Source of the DNA: an uncultured Acidobacteriota bacterium
GTDB taxonomy: Bacteria; Acidobacteriota; UBA6911; RPQK01; JAPXNP01
Assembly (NCBI GenBank): GCA_963777605.1
Contig: CAVZRV010000008.1
Location: 449,761-513,760, forward strand
Length of the DNA: 64,000 nucleotides
Reading direction: 5' to 3'
The notes beneath the pieces are model-generated. The model saw only the letters and a list, made by a program, of their open reading frames with translations. It had not been told where the DNA came from and made no database searches. This document shows, piece after piece, positions 33,402 to 42,946 of the stretch (its first letter is position 1; the number at the start of each line of letters is the position of its first letter). Both the position numbers and the translations under genes were made by a program.

Positions 33402-34289
33402 ATGCGTGATACCCCGCCAAAACAGAAGTCATTTTTACGGCGTCACTGGATTGTACTGGCGATTATTCCGCTCGCATATTTAAGTGCACTTGGTAGTATT
33501 AGCTACGCCGATTACACCCAGCGCAACCAAGAATCCGCGCGCATTGAGCAATCAATCAAAGAAACAAAAACAATCTACAAAAAGCTTGCCGATATCAAGC
33601 AAGCAAAAATAGAGGCTGCAAAAAAAGCCGAGGCTGAAGCAAAGGCAAAAGCAGCTGCCGAAGCAAAAGCTAAAGCCAAAGCAGCGGCAGCGGCGGCTAC
33701 TGCTGCCAACCAATCCACTGCCAATTGTGGCGTCAGCGACCCGGCATCAATTACTGTGGTTATTAATAAAAAACATTGTTTTAGCCCGCTTTCATGGACG
33801 CCTAGTGACCTAACGAGCGTTGATGGCTACGCTGTGCGCAGTAGTGCGGCGACTAACTTACGCGCCATGATGACAGCGGCCAGTAAAGCTGGTGTTCCGT
33901 TCGGGCTGACCAGTACCTACCGTTCCTACCAAAATCAAGTCACTACCTACAACTACTGGGTTGCCACGAATGGCAGCTACGCAGCCGCCGATACCGTCAG
34001 CGCGCGCCCTGGCTTTAGCGAACATCAAACCGGCCTTGCCGCCGATTTAGACGCAGGTTCATGTGCGCTCAGCTGCTTTGGTGGTACTGCGCAGTACACC
34101 TGGTTAAAGAAGAACGCCGCCAACTATGGCTATATCGAGCGTTACCCCGCAGGCCTCACTGGAATTACAGGCTATAGCCCCGAACCATGGCATTGGCGCT
34201 ACGTAGGCGTGAGCGTTGCAAAAGATATGAAAACCAAAGGCATCGAAACACTCGAAAGCTACTTTGGTGTGAGCGGCGGCGGCTACTAA
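33402..34289 (+). CDS. Membrane-anchored M15B (VanY-like) peptidoglycan carboxypeptidase on an Ala/Lys stalk
   Basis: STYRSYQNQ, SARPGFSEHQTGLAAD, EPWHWRYVG; N-terminal TM. Confidence 0.9.
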   Translation: MRDTPPKQKSFLRRHWIVLAIIPLAYLSALGSISYADYTQRNQESARIEQSIKETKTIYKKLADIKQAKIEAAKKAEAEAKAKAAAEAKAKAKAAAAAATAANQSTANCGVSDPASITVVINKKHCFSPLSWTPSDLTSVDGYAVRSSAATNLRAMMTAASKAGVPFGLTSTYRSYQNQVTTYNYWVATNGSYAAADTVSARPGFSEHQTGLAADLDAGSCALSCFGGTAQYTWLKKNAANYGYIERYPAGLTGITGYSPEPWHWRYVGVSVAKDMKTKGIETLESYFGVSGGGY

Positions 34290-34358
34290 GCCGCTCATGC
34301 TTGGGTTTTACCCTTATAGCGCGCATAATAATCACCAAAGAAGAGGATAAGGAGTGAT

Positions 34359-35258
34359 ATGTCGCGTTCAAGTGAAACATTAAAATCATACCCTAAAAGC
34401 ATGGCTGGCGAGCGCGTTGGCTGGTATAGCGTGAGTCCGATCAGTGAAACCGGTATGCGCGAAGTGGCGGTCGCGACCGCAACTGTGGGTGAAGACGGCG
34501 CCCGTGCGATTCGCGAATTAGGTGACGATGGTGGTCAGCTCTATGGAAGTAGCTTGTCGCAAGGCTTCGAATCAGTGGCGAGCCTACGAACCTTCATACG
34601 CCCCGATATGCCACATGATGTACGCAGGCCTGAATTCAACTACCGGCGTGAAGGTGGCCCCACCATCAACCCTAACTTTCCACTCGAAGGATATAACCTC
34701 TTACTAGGCGGCAACAGTTTATTTAATATGCCAGACGCAGATACGTGGGTCGATTCAATGGATGATATGCGAGCAGGGCTATACGAAGCCATGGCCCGCA
34801 CCGACCTTGCTTACGATTGGTGGTTACCGTTTTACTATGAATTTAATATTAACGTTGCTCAAAAACCGCCCACCGGTATTGCCCCCGAAGGGCTAGCCGA
34901 CACACTTCTTGTCGACCCAGAAAACACCGCTGAAACCGAACGTCAAATCCATGTGCTTTCTAATCTTGTGCGCGCCCTGCAAAAACGCATTGAGCAATAT
35001 CACACCGTCAATGGGGAATTTGACCGGGGATTGCTCGACAAGAATAACCAGTGGTCGTACCGCCATGCGTTTGCCCGTGACGCGACGAACACACTCTTTA
35101 CCACATTGCGTTCAGATACGCACGCCCCCTACAGCTTGGTGTACGGCCCGTTTGATGGTGATAGGGATATGGGCACACAGTTTTCAACACGCATTACCCA
35201 CCTGCAAGAAGCGGTGCAAGCCCTGCATGTACTCGACATCGCCGAACGTAATGCCTAG
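34359..35258 (+). CDS. Hypothetical protein
   Basis: 299 aa ORF with TAAGGAG SD. Confidence 0.7.
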   Translation: MSRSSETLKSYPKSMAGERVGWYSVSPISETGMREVAVATATVGEDGARAIRELGDDGGQLYGSSLSQGFESVASLRTFIRPDMPHDVRRPEFNYRREGGPTINPNFPLEGYNLLLGGNSLFNMPDADTWVDSMDDMRAGLYEAMARTDLAYDWWLPFYYEFNINVAQKPPTGIAPEGLADTLLVDPENTAETERQIHVLSNLVRALQKRIEQYHTVNGEFDRGLLDKNNQWSYRHAFARDATNTLFTTLRSDTHAPYSLVYGPFDGDRDMGTQFSTRITHLQEAVQALHVLDIAERNA

Positions 35259-35267
35259 TAAGCCGCA

Positions 35268-35714
35268 CTACGCGTCATCTTCTAAATAAATCAGCTGCAT
35301 CGGTTGGAGGCCATCCCTGTCGTGCTTTTTCGGTGAGCGGCAGGTGAGTATCTGCGCACGTGCACCAAGCCCGCGTGGTACATTAATGCGTAGTTTTCCA
35401 GGGCATCCTGCCACCAGTTCTTCATGCTCTTCAACCAACTGTGCCTGATGGCTATCAAGATGCTCAATCTGATCACCGTACCGCTGCATCACTTCAGTCT
35501 GACGCCTTCGCACGTAATCGGCTACTTCCTCCTCGGTATCAGCAGGGTACTGACCGTATTGATAGGCAAGGTATTGTGGCATATCTGGATCCATCGCCGC
35601 ATACTCAAGCTGTTTGGTACGTGCTGCAATTTGCTCTGATTCAGCCTGCATCATCCTGAGAATAGGGCAGTCGAGGCAACGCTGTGGCGTTTCAACTTGC
35701 TCGTGTAACTTCAT
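35268..35714 (-). CDS. Hypothetical protein with CxxC and further Cys
   Basis: TATAAT 6 nt before ATG 35714; RCLDCP, GCPG, TCRS. Confidence 0.65.
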   Translation of the reverse strand: MKLHEQVETPQRCLDCPILRMMQAESEQIAARTKQLEYAAMDPDMPQYLAYQYGQYPADTEEEVADYVRRRQTEVMQRYGDQIEHLDSHQAQLVEEHEELVAGCPGKLRINVPRGLGARAQILTCRSPKKHDRDGLQPMQLIYLEDDA

Positions 35715-35817
35715 ATACCCATTATACGCCCAGTTTTCACGGTTACTATTTTTCACAACGTACCAGGCGAATTACTAGTCTTGACGGCCATTAGCTGGCT
35801 GGGGTTACAATAGATAC

Positions 35818-35980
35818 AGCTTATGATTGTACTCGGCTGGCAACAGCAGTTTCCACGGTCAAAGCAATGCACATTCTGGCTCGCTTCGCGTTATAGCAAG
35901 TGAACCTTCAAGAACTCGCGACTTCAGGCAGATGGATCGGTTAGCAAGTGGTATACCGTAGCCAGCCTCGTCGTTCATAC
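35818..35980 (+). ncRNA. Candidate 6S-like structured RNA
   Basis: TACAAT at 35806; long irregular hairpin: TATGA..GGCTGGC/GCCAGCC..TCATA closing stem, central bubble, TCGCG/CGCGA apical stem. Confidence 0.45.
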
Positions 35981-36023
35981 TCCACCACTTATACGAAAAA
36001 CATTCATCATAGGAGAGTATGCT

Positions 36024-36263
36024 ATGGCAAATACAATCAACAGTCCTGTTCAAATTACTGCACTCGGGTTTGGTCGCCACATGGAGCCAATCCCACAGCG
36101 AATGGAATGGAAGGGCACCACGTATCACTTTGTTGATCGCGGTATCCGCGCTACCATTCGGCGGGGTGAGCACATTTGGAGCACCGTCACGGTAAGTGAT
36201 GGTACACGCAACTTCTGCCTACGGGCAGAGGGTAGCGCATGGACGCTTCTGAGCGTCTGCTAG
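36024..36263 (+). CDS. Small beta-rich hypothetical protein
   Basis: AGGAGAG SD; PQRMEWKGTTY; hairpin plus T run at ~36290-36321. Confidence 0.7.
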   Translation: MANTINSPVQITALGFGRHMEPIPQRMEWKGTTYHFVDRGIRATIRRGEHIWSTVTVSDGTRNFCLRAEGSAWTLLSVC

Positions 36264-36388
36264 AACCTTTTAGCAATACAGGACGAAATGGCCCCCGCTG
36301 TTACCAAAGCGAGGGTTTTTTCGTTTATTGACCTTTTGGTAGTTTTATGGTTAAGTAAATACGGTGATTTTCCCCGACAACCAAGGAG

Positions 36389-37060
36389 ATGATCGATGTG
36401 TTCGTTCAAAACTTTTCAGCACTCGTAGGGTCGCACAAATGCTTCGTTACGCACCGCATCACAGAAGATGAGCTGACGACCCTGAAGCGGCTACGCGAAC
36501 GCTACACGAATTCGGCTATCCGTATTGGCTACAACGTGCTCGCAGGCATTGTGTCCATGGTAACGATCTGGCTACTCGCAGACGTAATCAACCTAAAGCG
36601 GCCCGTGCTCACTGGGTTCCTGCTTGGTGCACTCACTGCCGCGGTTCTTAGTATCCAGCCGCTGCTCACGCGGCGTAAGTTCCGGCGCTTTGTCCGTCAG
36701 CTCGTTTCGAGCGGCGCACTGCTGCCATACAGCTACGAGCTCGAACAGCGCACCGAAGCGCTGGAACGGACGCGTCCAGAAAGTGCGAGCGGCTTCGCGA
36801 TTACTGAATTGCTCCGCCGCATCCAGCCAGCTGAATCCGAAGCGGTCACGACCTTCTTCGAAAACGAGCGACTCCCTAAGGTCTACAGGCTCATCAAGGA
36901 TAACTCATATGGCTACACAGCGATGAGCGATGAAGTGAGCCACGAGCTGAAAGAGCATCTCGCGCAGCTAACTCGTCCCGTATGGGAATCACTACTACGG
37001 GTTCTCAACGCACTCAGGGCAGAAAACGACGCGCGCGCCAAGGCTGCCATGGAATCATAA
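36389..37060 (+). CDS. 2-TM hypothetical membrane protein (cassette class)
   Basis: TTGACC promoter at 36328, AAGGAG upstream, long bulged hairpin 37070-37109 plus T run. Confidence 0.7.
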   Translation: MIDVFVQNFSALVGSHKCFVTHRITEDELTTLKRLRERYTNSAIRIGYNVLAGIVSMVTIWLLADVINLKRPVLTGFLLGALTAAVLSIQPLLTRRKFRRFVRQLVSSGALLPYSYELEQRTEALERTRPESASGFAITELLRRIQPAESEAVTTFFENERLPKVYRLIKDNSYGYTAMSDEVSHELKEHLAQLTRPVWESLLRVLNALRAENDARAKAAMES

Positions 37061-37151
37061 CTCACCACCACCCGTCATATTTGCGAACATCTTCGTGAAG
37101 TTGGCGGGTATTTTTATTGTACGATGCAACCCGCACGGCTATAATCCGTAT

Positions 37152-37622
37152 ATGACACATTCAAAGAGTCCGGAATCCGCACCAGCTGAACTGCTCGAAC
37201 AACTCCATTTATCGACACTTGAAACACTAAAGAACCATGTCGAGGAACTCGGGGAAATGAGTGATGCAGTGTTGTGCTGCCTCCGTTACGCCCAGAGTGA
37301 AGCAGATATTGCGGCGATTACAGGCCTCCGCGCGCTGTTTAATGATCAAATTACCTCAATTGCGCTCCTCCTGACACCAGTCCGCTTCTGGGACAGCACT
37401 TCGCCAAATATTACAGAAGAGCGCCACGCAGTGATTGACCAAGCGATAGTCCAGTTCGAATACGGGCTCGATAGCCTCGAGAACGCAGTAGAGAGCTTTG
37501 TCGCAGACGCCGTATCCGGCAACTCGCTCGGTGATTATGAAAACATTATACTAGTTGAACTCACCCAATACCTCGAACCTTTGCAACGGGCAATCATCGA
37601 ATCGTACCCGGCGCGGCAATAG
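37152..37622 (+). CDS. Hypothetical helical protein
   Basis: TATAAT 6 nt before ATG 37152. Confidence 0.65.
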   Translation: MTHSKSPESAPAELLEQLHLSTLETLKNHVEELGEMSDAVLCCLRYAQSEADIAAITGLRALFNDQITSIALLLTPVRFWDSTSPNITEERHAVIDQAIVQFEYGLDSLENAVESFVADAVSGNSLGDYENIILVELTQYLEPLQRAIIESYPARQ

Positions 37623-37729
37623 TAACGTTCATTCAATAATCATGGCCATTGATATTATCGTATATTTGTTGTATAGTATCCATCAGTTGTCAGTAGGCAA
37701 GCTGCTGACGCAGGTAGAAGGGTAGTGAT

Positions 37730-38146
37730 ATGGCCAGTAACAACAGGCTCAGCGCCGAGCTGATCGAAGTGCTGAATGGCTACACGCAGAAGTTTGGCGA
37801 AGCGACCGTCCAGCTCCTCCGACTGGTGTCATCAACGAGGATGCCCGTGGATCACGATGATCTCGACAGTTTGGTGTCGCTGATCGACGACGCACGCTGC
37901 CTTTGTGTCGTGCTGGTCGTGCCATTCCCCGATGGCGTAGCAATCAGTGACGACGAGCTCGCGTCGCTTGACCGAGCACTTCGGAACTATGGTGATGTCT
38001 TCACTGATGTTGATCGGGTGATCGATCGTGCAACTCGGGCCGTTCAGAGTCACCAGTCACTCAAACCACTGATCGAGGCATTCGAGAAGACGCTCGAGAG
38101 CCACATCGCTCCAATCGATGAGATCGTGAATGGCGTTTCGGAGTAA
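37730..38146 (+). CDS. Hypothetical helical protein (cassette class)
   Basis: TTGATA-17-TATAGT (37649-37677), purine-rich RBS, hairpin 38155-38182 plus T run. Confidence 0.7.
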   Translation: MASNNRLSAELIEVLNGYTQKFGEATVQLLRLVSSTRMPVDHDDLDSLVSLIDDARCLCVVLVVPFPDGVAISDDELASLDRALRNYGDVFTDVDRVIDRATRAVQSHQSLKPLIEAFEKTLESHIAPIDEIVNGVSE

Positions 38147-38237
38147 CGCCACCAACCCCTGTGTCAATAATGGCATGGGGGTATTTTAATGTTCGACAAA
38201 TAGAAGCGTTTGTGCTATAATGAAAGGACAATATCAA

Positions 38238-38270
38238 GGTTGGGAGGCATAAACTGCCGTTCGTACCACA
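38238..38270 (+). promoter_or_regulatory. Putative L1-binding leader of rplA
   Basis: GGTTGGGAGGCA...TGCCGTTCGTACCACA resembles the GGGAG...ACCAC L1 site; downstream of TCGACA-17-TATAAT (38193-38221). Confidence 0.6.
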
Positions 38271-38287
38271 GAAAGGATTTTAACTAC

Positions 38288-39262
38288 ATGGCCAAGAAGG
38301 CTGAACTATTAGAAAAGGCTGCCGAGCTAAAACTCGACGTGACCGAAAAAAATACGATTGCTGAAATTGAAGCAGCAATTGCTGGTGCTGAAAAGCACGA
38401 AGTGCGTGAAGCAACCGTTGCTAAAGCTGGTAAACGAAGCCAGAAATCAATCGATGAAGCCGAAGAAAAGGCTGAAAAAGAAGCACGTAAAGCTGCTCAC
38501 GATACTACTCCGAAAGACCCAGAAGCAGAAGAAACTCGCAAAAAAGGCCCAGCGCCAATCGTACGCCCACGTGCAGAACGCCGCGGTAAGAAATATAAAG
38601 AAGCCGCTAAGCTCGTTGATGCAAGCAAGGTATACAACCTCGCTGACGCAATGGAGTTAGCTGCAAAAACCAGCCCTGTAAAGTTCGACGCGAGCGTAGA
38701 ACTACATGTTCGCCTTGGTGTTGACCCACGCCAGGCTGACCAAAACATTCGCGCAACAGTCAGCCTGCCACACGGTACAGGTAAAACCGTCCGTGTTGCT
38801 GTGTTCGCCCCAGAAGATCAACATGCTGCTGCCAAAAAAGCTGGTGCCGATGTTGTTGGTGACGACGACTTCCTCAAGCAACTCGACAAAGAAGTGCTGA
38901 ACTTCGACGTACTGGTAGCAACCCCACAGTACATGGCAAAGCTCGGTAAATACGCGCGCCTGCTTGGCCCACGCGGTTTGATGCCAAACCCTAAGAGCGG
39001 CACCGTGGCTGCAGATGTTGCCAAGGCAACCACCGAAGCCAAAGCCGGTAAAGTAGAATACCGCGTCGACAAGCAAGCCACCATTCACCTAAGCGTTGGT
39101 AAGGTAAGCTTTGGTGCTAAGAAACTTGAAGAAAACGCTGCAGCATTCTTTGCGAGCCTGCAAGGCCAAAAGCCAAGCAGCCTCAAGGGTGGCTACGTCC
39201 TTTCAAGTGCCGTCACGACCACAATGGGTCCTGGCATTAAGCTCGAAAACCAAGTCAGCTAA
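38288..39262 (+). CDS. rplA: 50S ribosomal protein L1 with ~95-aa N-terminal extension
   Basis: [38 protein letters not shown]; SD GAAAGGA before ATG 38288. Confidence 0.97.
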   Translation: MAKKAELLEKAAELKLDVTEKNTIAEIEAAIAGAEKHEVREATVAKAGKRSQKSIDEAEEKAEKEARKAAHDTTPKDPEAEETRKKGPAPIVRPRAERRGKKYKEAAKLVDASKVYNLADAMELAAKTSPVKFDASVELHVRLGVDPRQADQNIRATVSLPHGTGKTVRVAVFAPEDQHAAAKKAGADVVGDDDFLKQLDKEVLNFDVLVATPQYMAKLGKYARLLGPRGLMPNPKSGTVAADVAKATTEAKAGKVEYRVDKQATIHLSVGKVSFGAKKLEENAAAFFASLQGQKPSSLKGGYVLSSAVTTTMGPGIKLENQVS

Positions 39263-39373
39263 TTATTGACTGTCCTAAACCCGCCGCGCTGTAACTACAG
39301 GGGCGGGTTTTTGGTATAAAAAATACCCGCTCCATACCGTGATACGGCAATGAACGGGCGGTAAAGAGAGTAG

Positions 39374-39907
39374 TTAGTGATGGTAGTAATAGAGCCGCTC
39401 ACGCAGCAGTTCAGCCAGCCAGCGAGCGTTGTCATCCACCACCAGGGCGATGCGCTCAAGCAAGTTGGCCGGATCGTATGCAGCACCTACAACAGGGCTG
39501 AGCAGATCATCTACGGCATTCGCAAATGCTTCGCCGGTCAGCATATCATAGTTCCACGCTTCAACCGAAACGGCCACCTTCGTGAAGCCGTGTCGACTGG
39601 CAGCATCAAGGCCGCGGCGCAAGAACTGCGGGGTAGTAACGCCCGTTTCATGCTGGTCAATCGTAAACACAACCGCACGAAAACCTTCGCTCACTCGCAG
39701 GGGGTTTTCAACCACCACAACATTGCTGAAACGATTGTACATAAGCTGTGTATGCAGCTCGGCATGGAACCAGTCAGTCCCCATGAAACGACGAATCGCT
39801 TCATCGGTAGGGTTGTGCCAACAGCTGTTGTCTGCGTCGACCATCGTGAGAATGGCTTCGCAGGGCATGTAGCGGGTGACGTCACCGACCTGTACGCACA
39901 GCTCCAT
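39374..39907 (-). CDS. Degenerate macro-domain protein (cassette class)
   Basis: VQVGDVT..CEAIL, TDEAIRRFMG, LDAASRHGFTKVAV, LERIALVV follow macro topology; GAGGAG SD; TTGAAT-17-TATAAT. Confidence 0.55.
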   Translation of the reverse strand: MELCVQVGDVTRYMPCEAILTMVDADNSCWHNPTDEAIRRFMGTDWFHAELHTQLMYNRFSNVVVVENPLRVSEGFRAVVFTIDQHETGVTTPQFLRRGLDAASRHGFTKVAVSVEAWNYDMLTGEAFANAVDDLLSPVVGAAYDPANLLERIALVVDDNARWLAELLRERLYYYHH

Positions 39908-40003
39908 GGCTACTCCTCTCATTGTGAAGGGATGGCTCGCGAGCCATCAGTGGGTGATAGGGAATCCGTATCGCGGTTATTATACAATATCAACCGGAAT
40001 AAT

Positions 40004-40435
40004 TCAACGCGAGAGTCCATGCGTGCGCTTTGTGTAGGCGAAGGGCAGAAGTTCACCAATCGTGTGCGTTTGTACAACTGTTGCATATTTGTCGGTTTCA
40101 CCAGCCATAATTACCAGCGTCTCAGCGCTACGGGCAAATTCTAAAATGACCTGTCGGCATAATCCACATGGCGCGATCATTTCGTAGGTAGGGGTATAGA
40201 TGGCAATTTGGGCGATAGCACGTTCACCCTCTGAAATAGCATTTTGGATTGCCATCCGCTCGGCGCACATAGTGAGCGCCGGGCTAGCGTTTGCCATATT
40301 CGCACCACTATAAATCCGGTCTGCTACCGTTTGTAATGCAGAGCCGACCTTTAGTCCTGAATAGCTTCGGCCCCACATTGCCGCGCGCTTAGCCCGCTGC
40401 AATAACACCTGCTGGTCATCTGTTAATCGCTCCAT
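40004..40435 (-). CDS. cdd: Cytidine deaminase (homotetrameric type)
   Basis: YSGLKVGSAL, CAERMAI, PCGLCRQ, ELLPFA. Confidence 0.9.
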   Translation of the reverse strand: MERLTDDQQVLLQRAKRAAMWGRSYSGLKVGSALQTVADRIYSGANMANASPALTMCAERMAIQNAISEGERAIAQIAIYTPTYEMIAPCGLCRQVILEFARSAETLVIMAGETDKYATVVQTHTIGELLPFAYTKRTHGLSR

Positions 40436-40466
40436 GCACGGTATCATATACCAGGCCAACTAATGC

Positions 40467-40493
40467 AATCTAGGGTAGTTGAGTCCCCCTAGT
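40467..40493. promoter_or_regulatory. Palindromic site AATCTAGGGTA...CCCTAG (copy 1)
   Basis: CTAGGG...CCCTAG inverted repeat upstream of cdd; 11 bp identical to 41214-41224. Confidence 0.5.
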
Positions 40494-41184
40494 ATTCATC
40501 GTCGCGATAAGCACACACCGCTTCGCGGAAGGTTTCATTCTGTTCAATCATATCAAGCGTCGCTTCGGTAGTAGGGAAGAGCCTGTCTTGAGCGAGTAGC
40601 TCAGCACGTGTCATCCACCGGCTCACCCCACCATACCATTCATGAGGGGTCTGGCAGTTCGCTAGATCAGCATACATCAGCATAAATAGCTTGTCTTCAA
40701 GCACATCCCCATTACGCTTCGTATCGATGACACGAAAGCTGCCCTGGATGTGAAAGTTAACGTGAAGGCCGGTTTGCTTCGCCACTTCACGCGCTGCAGA
40801 CTCGCGGACTGGTACGCCGCGTAGCACGGGGGCGCTGGCAATTCCCCAAAAATCACGAAAGGGTTCACGCTTGCGCTGGTGGGCTAAATAATAGGTTTTG
40901 TCATCCTTGTTGCAGCGTAGAACCATCAGCATCGAAGATTTAGGCTGTTCAATTTCGCGCCCGGTAGTTTCGCACATGCGATTAGCAAGTTCTTTGCCTT
41001 CAGCAGATAGTTCATACATGCCATCATGCGCTTTTATTACATACTTTGCCCGTACCAATTTACGCAAATGATACTTAAAAATATCGCCATCAAGCCCTGT
41101 GGGGCGAAGTAGTTCGCTATAGCGTGCGCGAGTAGCGTGGCGGAGTGTAAATAACACGCTTGCCTGGGCTTTATGTAGTTCCAT
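40489..41184 (-). CDS. Winged-HTH + degenerate Nudix domain putative regulator
   Basis: RYSEL...FKYHLRKL...YELSAEG (wHTH); RKREPFRDFWG, ESAAREVAKQTGL (Nudix-like box). Confidence 0.8.
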   Translation of the reverse strand: MELHKAQASVLFTLRHATRARYSELLRPTGLDGDIFKYHLRKLVRAKYVIKAHDGMYELSAEGKELANRMCETTGREIEQPKSSMLMVLRCNKDDKTYYLAHQRKREPFRDFWGIASAPVLRGVPVRESAAREVAKQTGLHVNFHIQGSFRVIDTKRNGDVLEDKLFMLMYADLANCQTPHEWYGGVSRWMTRAELLAQDRLFPTTEATLDMIEQNETFREAVCAYRDDEY

Positions 41185-41213
41185 AACAGTATAATATAAT
41201 CATTAGTTAAAAT

Positions 41214-41239
41214 AATCTAGGGTACAATTTGTCCCTAGT
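41214..41239. promoter_or_regulatory. Palindromic site AATCTAGGGTACAATTTGTCCCTAG (copy 2)
   Basis: Inverted repeat in the divergent regulator/thyA intergenic region. Confidence 0.55.
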
Positions 41240-41293
41240 TTTTTAATTTACCACCTATCATACTAGCTACAATCACTAATTAATGGGGGTAAT

Positions 41294-42226
41294 ATGAAAT
41301 CAGCAGAACAACAATACCTCGGCCTACTCGAAAAGATTCGCGATGAAGGCGAAACGAGGGGCGACCGCACCGGCACCGGCACCCGAAGCCTATTCGGCGA
41401 GCAAATGACTTACGACATGCGCGACGGCTTTCCGATGCTCACGACAAAGAAAATTTTCGTGAAATCAATCATGCACGAACTACTCTGGATGCTAAACGGC
41501 GACAGCAACATCCAGTATCTTGCGCAGAACAATGTCAATATTTGGAACGAATGGCCGTTTGTGTCATATCTCGAACGTACCGGCCAGCAGGTGCCCAGGC
41601 AAGACAGCCCCGAGTGGCAGGAACTGATGCAGAACTATCTCGAACACATTACAACAGATGACAACTTTGCCACTGAACATGGTGATCTGGGCCCAGTGTA
41701 TGGCTACCAATGGCGCCATTGGCCACGCCCAGGTGGTGGTGAAGTCGATCAGCTAGCCGAAGCGCAGCATACCATTCGCACCAACCCCGATTCACGCCGG
41801 ATTGTGGTGAGTGCCTGGAACGCTGCCGACATTGAGGAAATGGCTGTGTCGGGCTTACCGCCCTGCCACATGTTTTATCAGTTTTACGTCAGTAAAGGCG
41901 AATACCTGGATATGAAAATGTACCAGCGCAGTGCTGATATGTTCTTGGGTGTACCGTTTAACATGGCACAGTACGCGATGCTGCTGAGTATGATGGCACA
42001 AACTACTGATTTGAAACCGCGAAATCTTGTCCATACCTTTGGCGATACCCATATTTACAATAATCACGTCAATCAAGTTAACGAACAGCTTGCGCGTGAA
42101 CCGCTCTCGCCACCAACACTTAGTCTTAATCCAGATGTAAAAGAAATTTGGGACTTTGGCATCGATGATATTACAATCGAGGATTACCAGTCGCACCCAG
42201 CCATTAAAGCGCCAATTGCCATTTAA
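41294..42226 (+). CDS. thyA: Thymidylate synthase
   Basis: DRTGTGT, LGPVYGYQWR, LPPCH, YQRSADMFLGVPFN, GDTHIYNNH. Confidence 0.98.
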   Translation: MKSAEQQYLGLLEKIRDEGETRGDRTGTGTRSLFGEQMTYDMRDGFPMLTTKKIFVKSIMHELLWMLNGDSNIQYLAQNNVNIWNEWPFVSYLERTGQQVPRQDSPEWQELMQNYLEHITTDDNFATEHGDLGPVYGYQWRHWPRPGGGEVDQLAEAQHTIRTNPDSRRIVVSAWNAADIEEMAVSGLPPCHMFYQFYVSKGEYLDMKMYQRSADMFLGVPFNMAQYAMLLSMMAQTTDLKPRNLVHTFGDTHIYNNHVNQVNEQLAREPLSPPTLSLNPDVKEIWDFGIDDITIEDYQSHPAIKAPIAI

Positions 42227-42277
42227 CACGTGTATACTAAAAACAACTAGGTGGGCAAGAAAAAGAATAGGGGAACA

Positions 42278-42946
42278 ATGATTGCTCACGAATTAACACA
42301 GCATGCAGGGTGGTATGCCCGCCTCGAAGGCGGCGATGGGGTTGGTAAAACGACCATACTCCAGCTTGCAAAGGACTATGATGAACAACACGGAATCGGT
42401 GCCGTATTTATTCGCGAACCAGGCGGCACTGATCTCGGGATGGAACTTCGCCAAATTCTTTTACATGGCGATTACAACCTATCACCTGAAGCACAGCTCT
42501 TACTTATGACGGCCGATCGGCGGCACCTGTGGGATACCGTGATTAGCCCAGCACTTGCTGAAGGCCGGCCTGTCATTAGCGACCGCGGCTATGAATCAAC
42601 CGTCGCCTATCAGGGTGCGCAAGGTGTTGATCTCGCATCAATTGCCGATGTCCACCATCGCGTCTTGCCCGAAGGTTACATCAACCCAAGCGCCGTTGCA
42701 ATTTTATCGTTGAGCGATGCAGCACGCGCAGCACGCATTAGCGCACGGCTCGAAGCTTCAGGCATGAAAGCTGATAATTTTGAATCAATGGATGGCGGCT
42801 TTCATACCCGTGTCCGTGAAATTTATCGCGATTGGATACCAAAACATCTTGGCGGCGTGGTGATTGATGCTGATGCACCACCCGAAGTCGTATTCGAGCG
42901 AGCTAAACCGTATTTATTCGGTCCCCATGCGGGGCACGGGAATTAA
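42278..42946 (+). CDS. tmk: Thymidylate kinase
   Basis: EGGDGVGKTT, REPGGT, ISDRGYESTVAYQG. Confidence 0.93.
   Translation: MIAHELTQHAGWYARLEGGDGVGKTTILQLAKDYDEQHGIGAVFIREPGGTDLGMELRQILLHGDYNLSPEAQLLLMTADRRHLWDTVISPALAEGRPVISDRGYESTVAYQGAQGVDLASIADVHHRVLPEGYINPSAVAILSLSDAARAARISARLEASGMKADNFESMDGGFHTRVREIYRDWIPKHLGGVVIDADAPPEVVFERAKPYLFGPHAGHGN

Noticed and set aside
33615-33710. AKA/AAA low-complexity repeat
   Set aside because: Protein-level helical stalk coding, not a DNA repeat element
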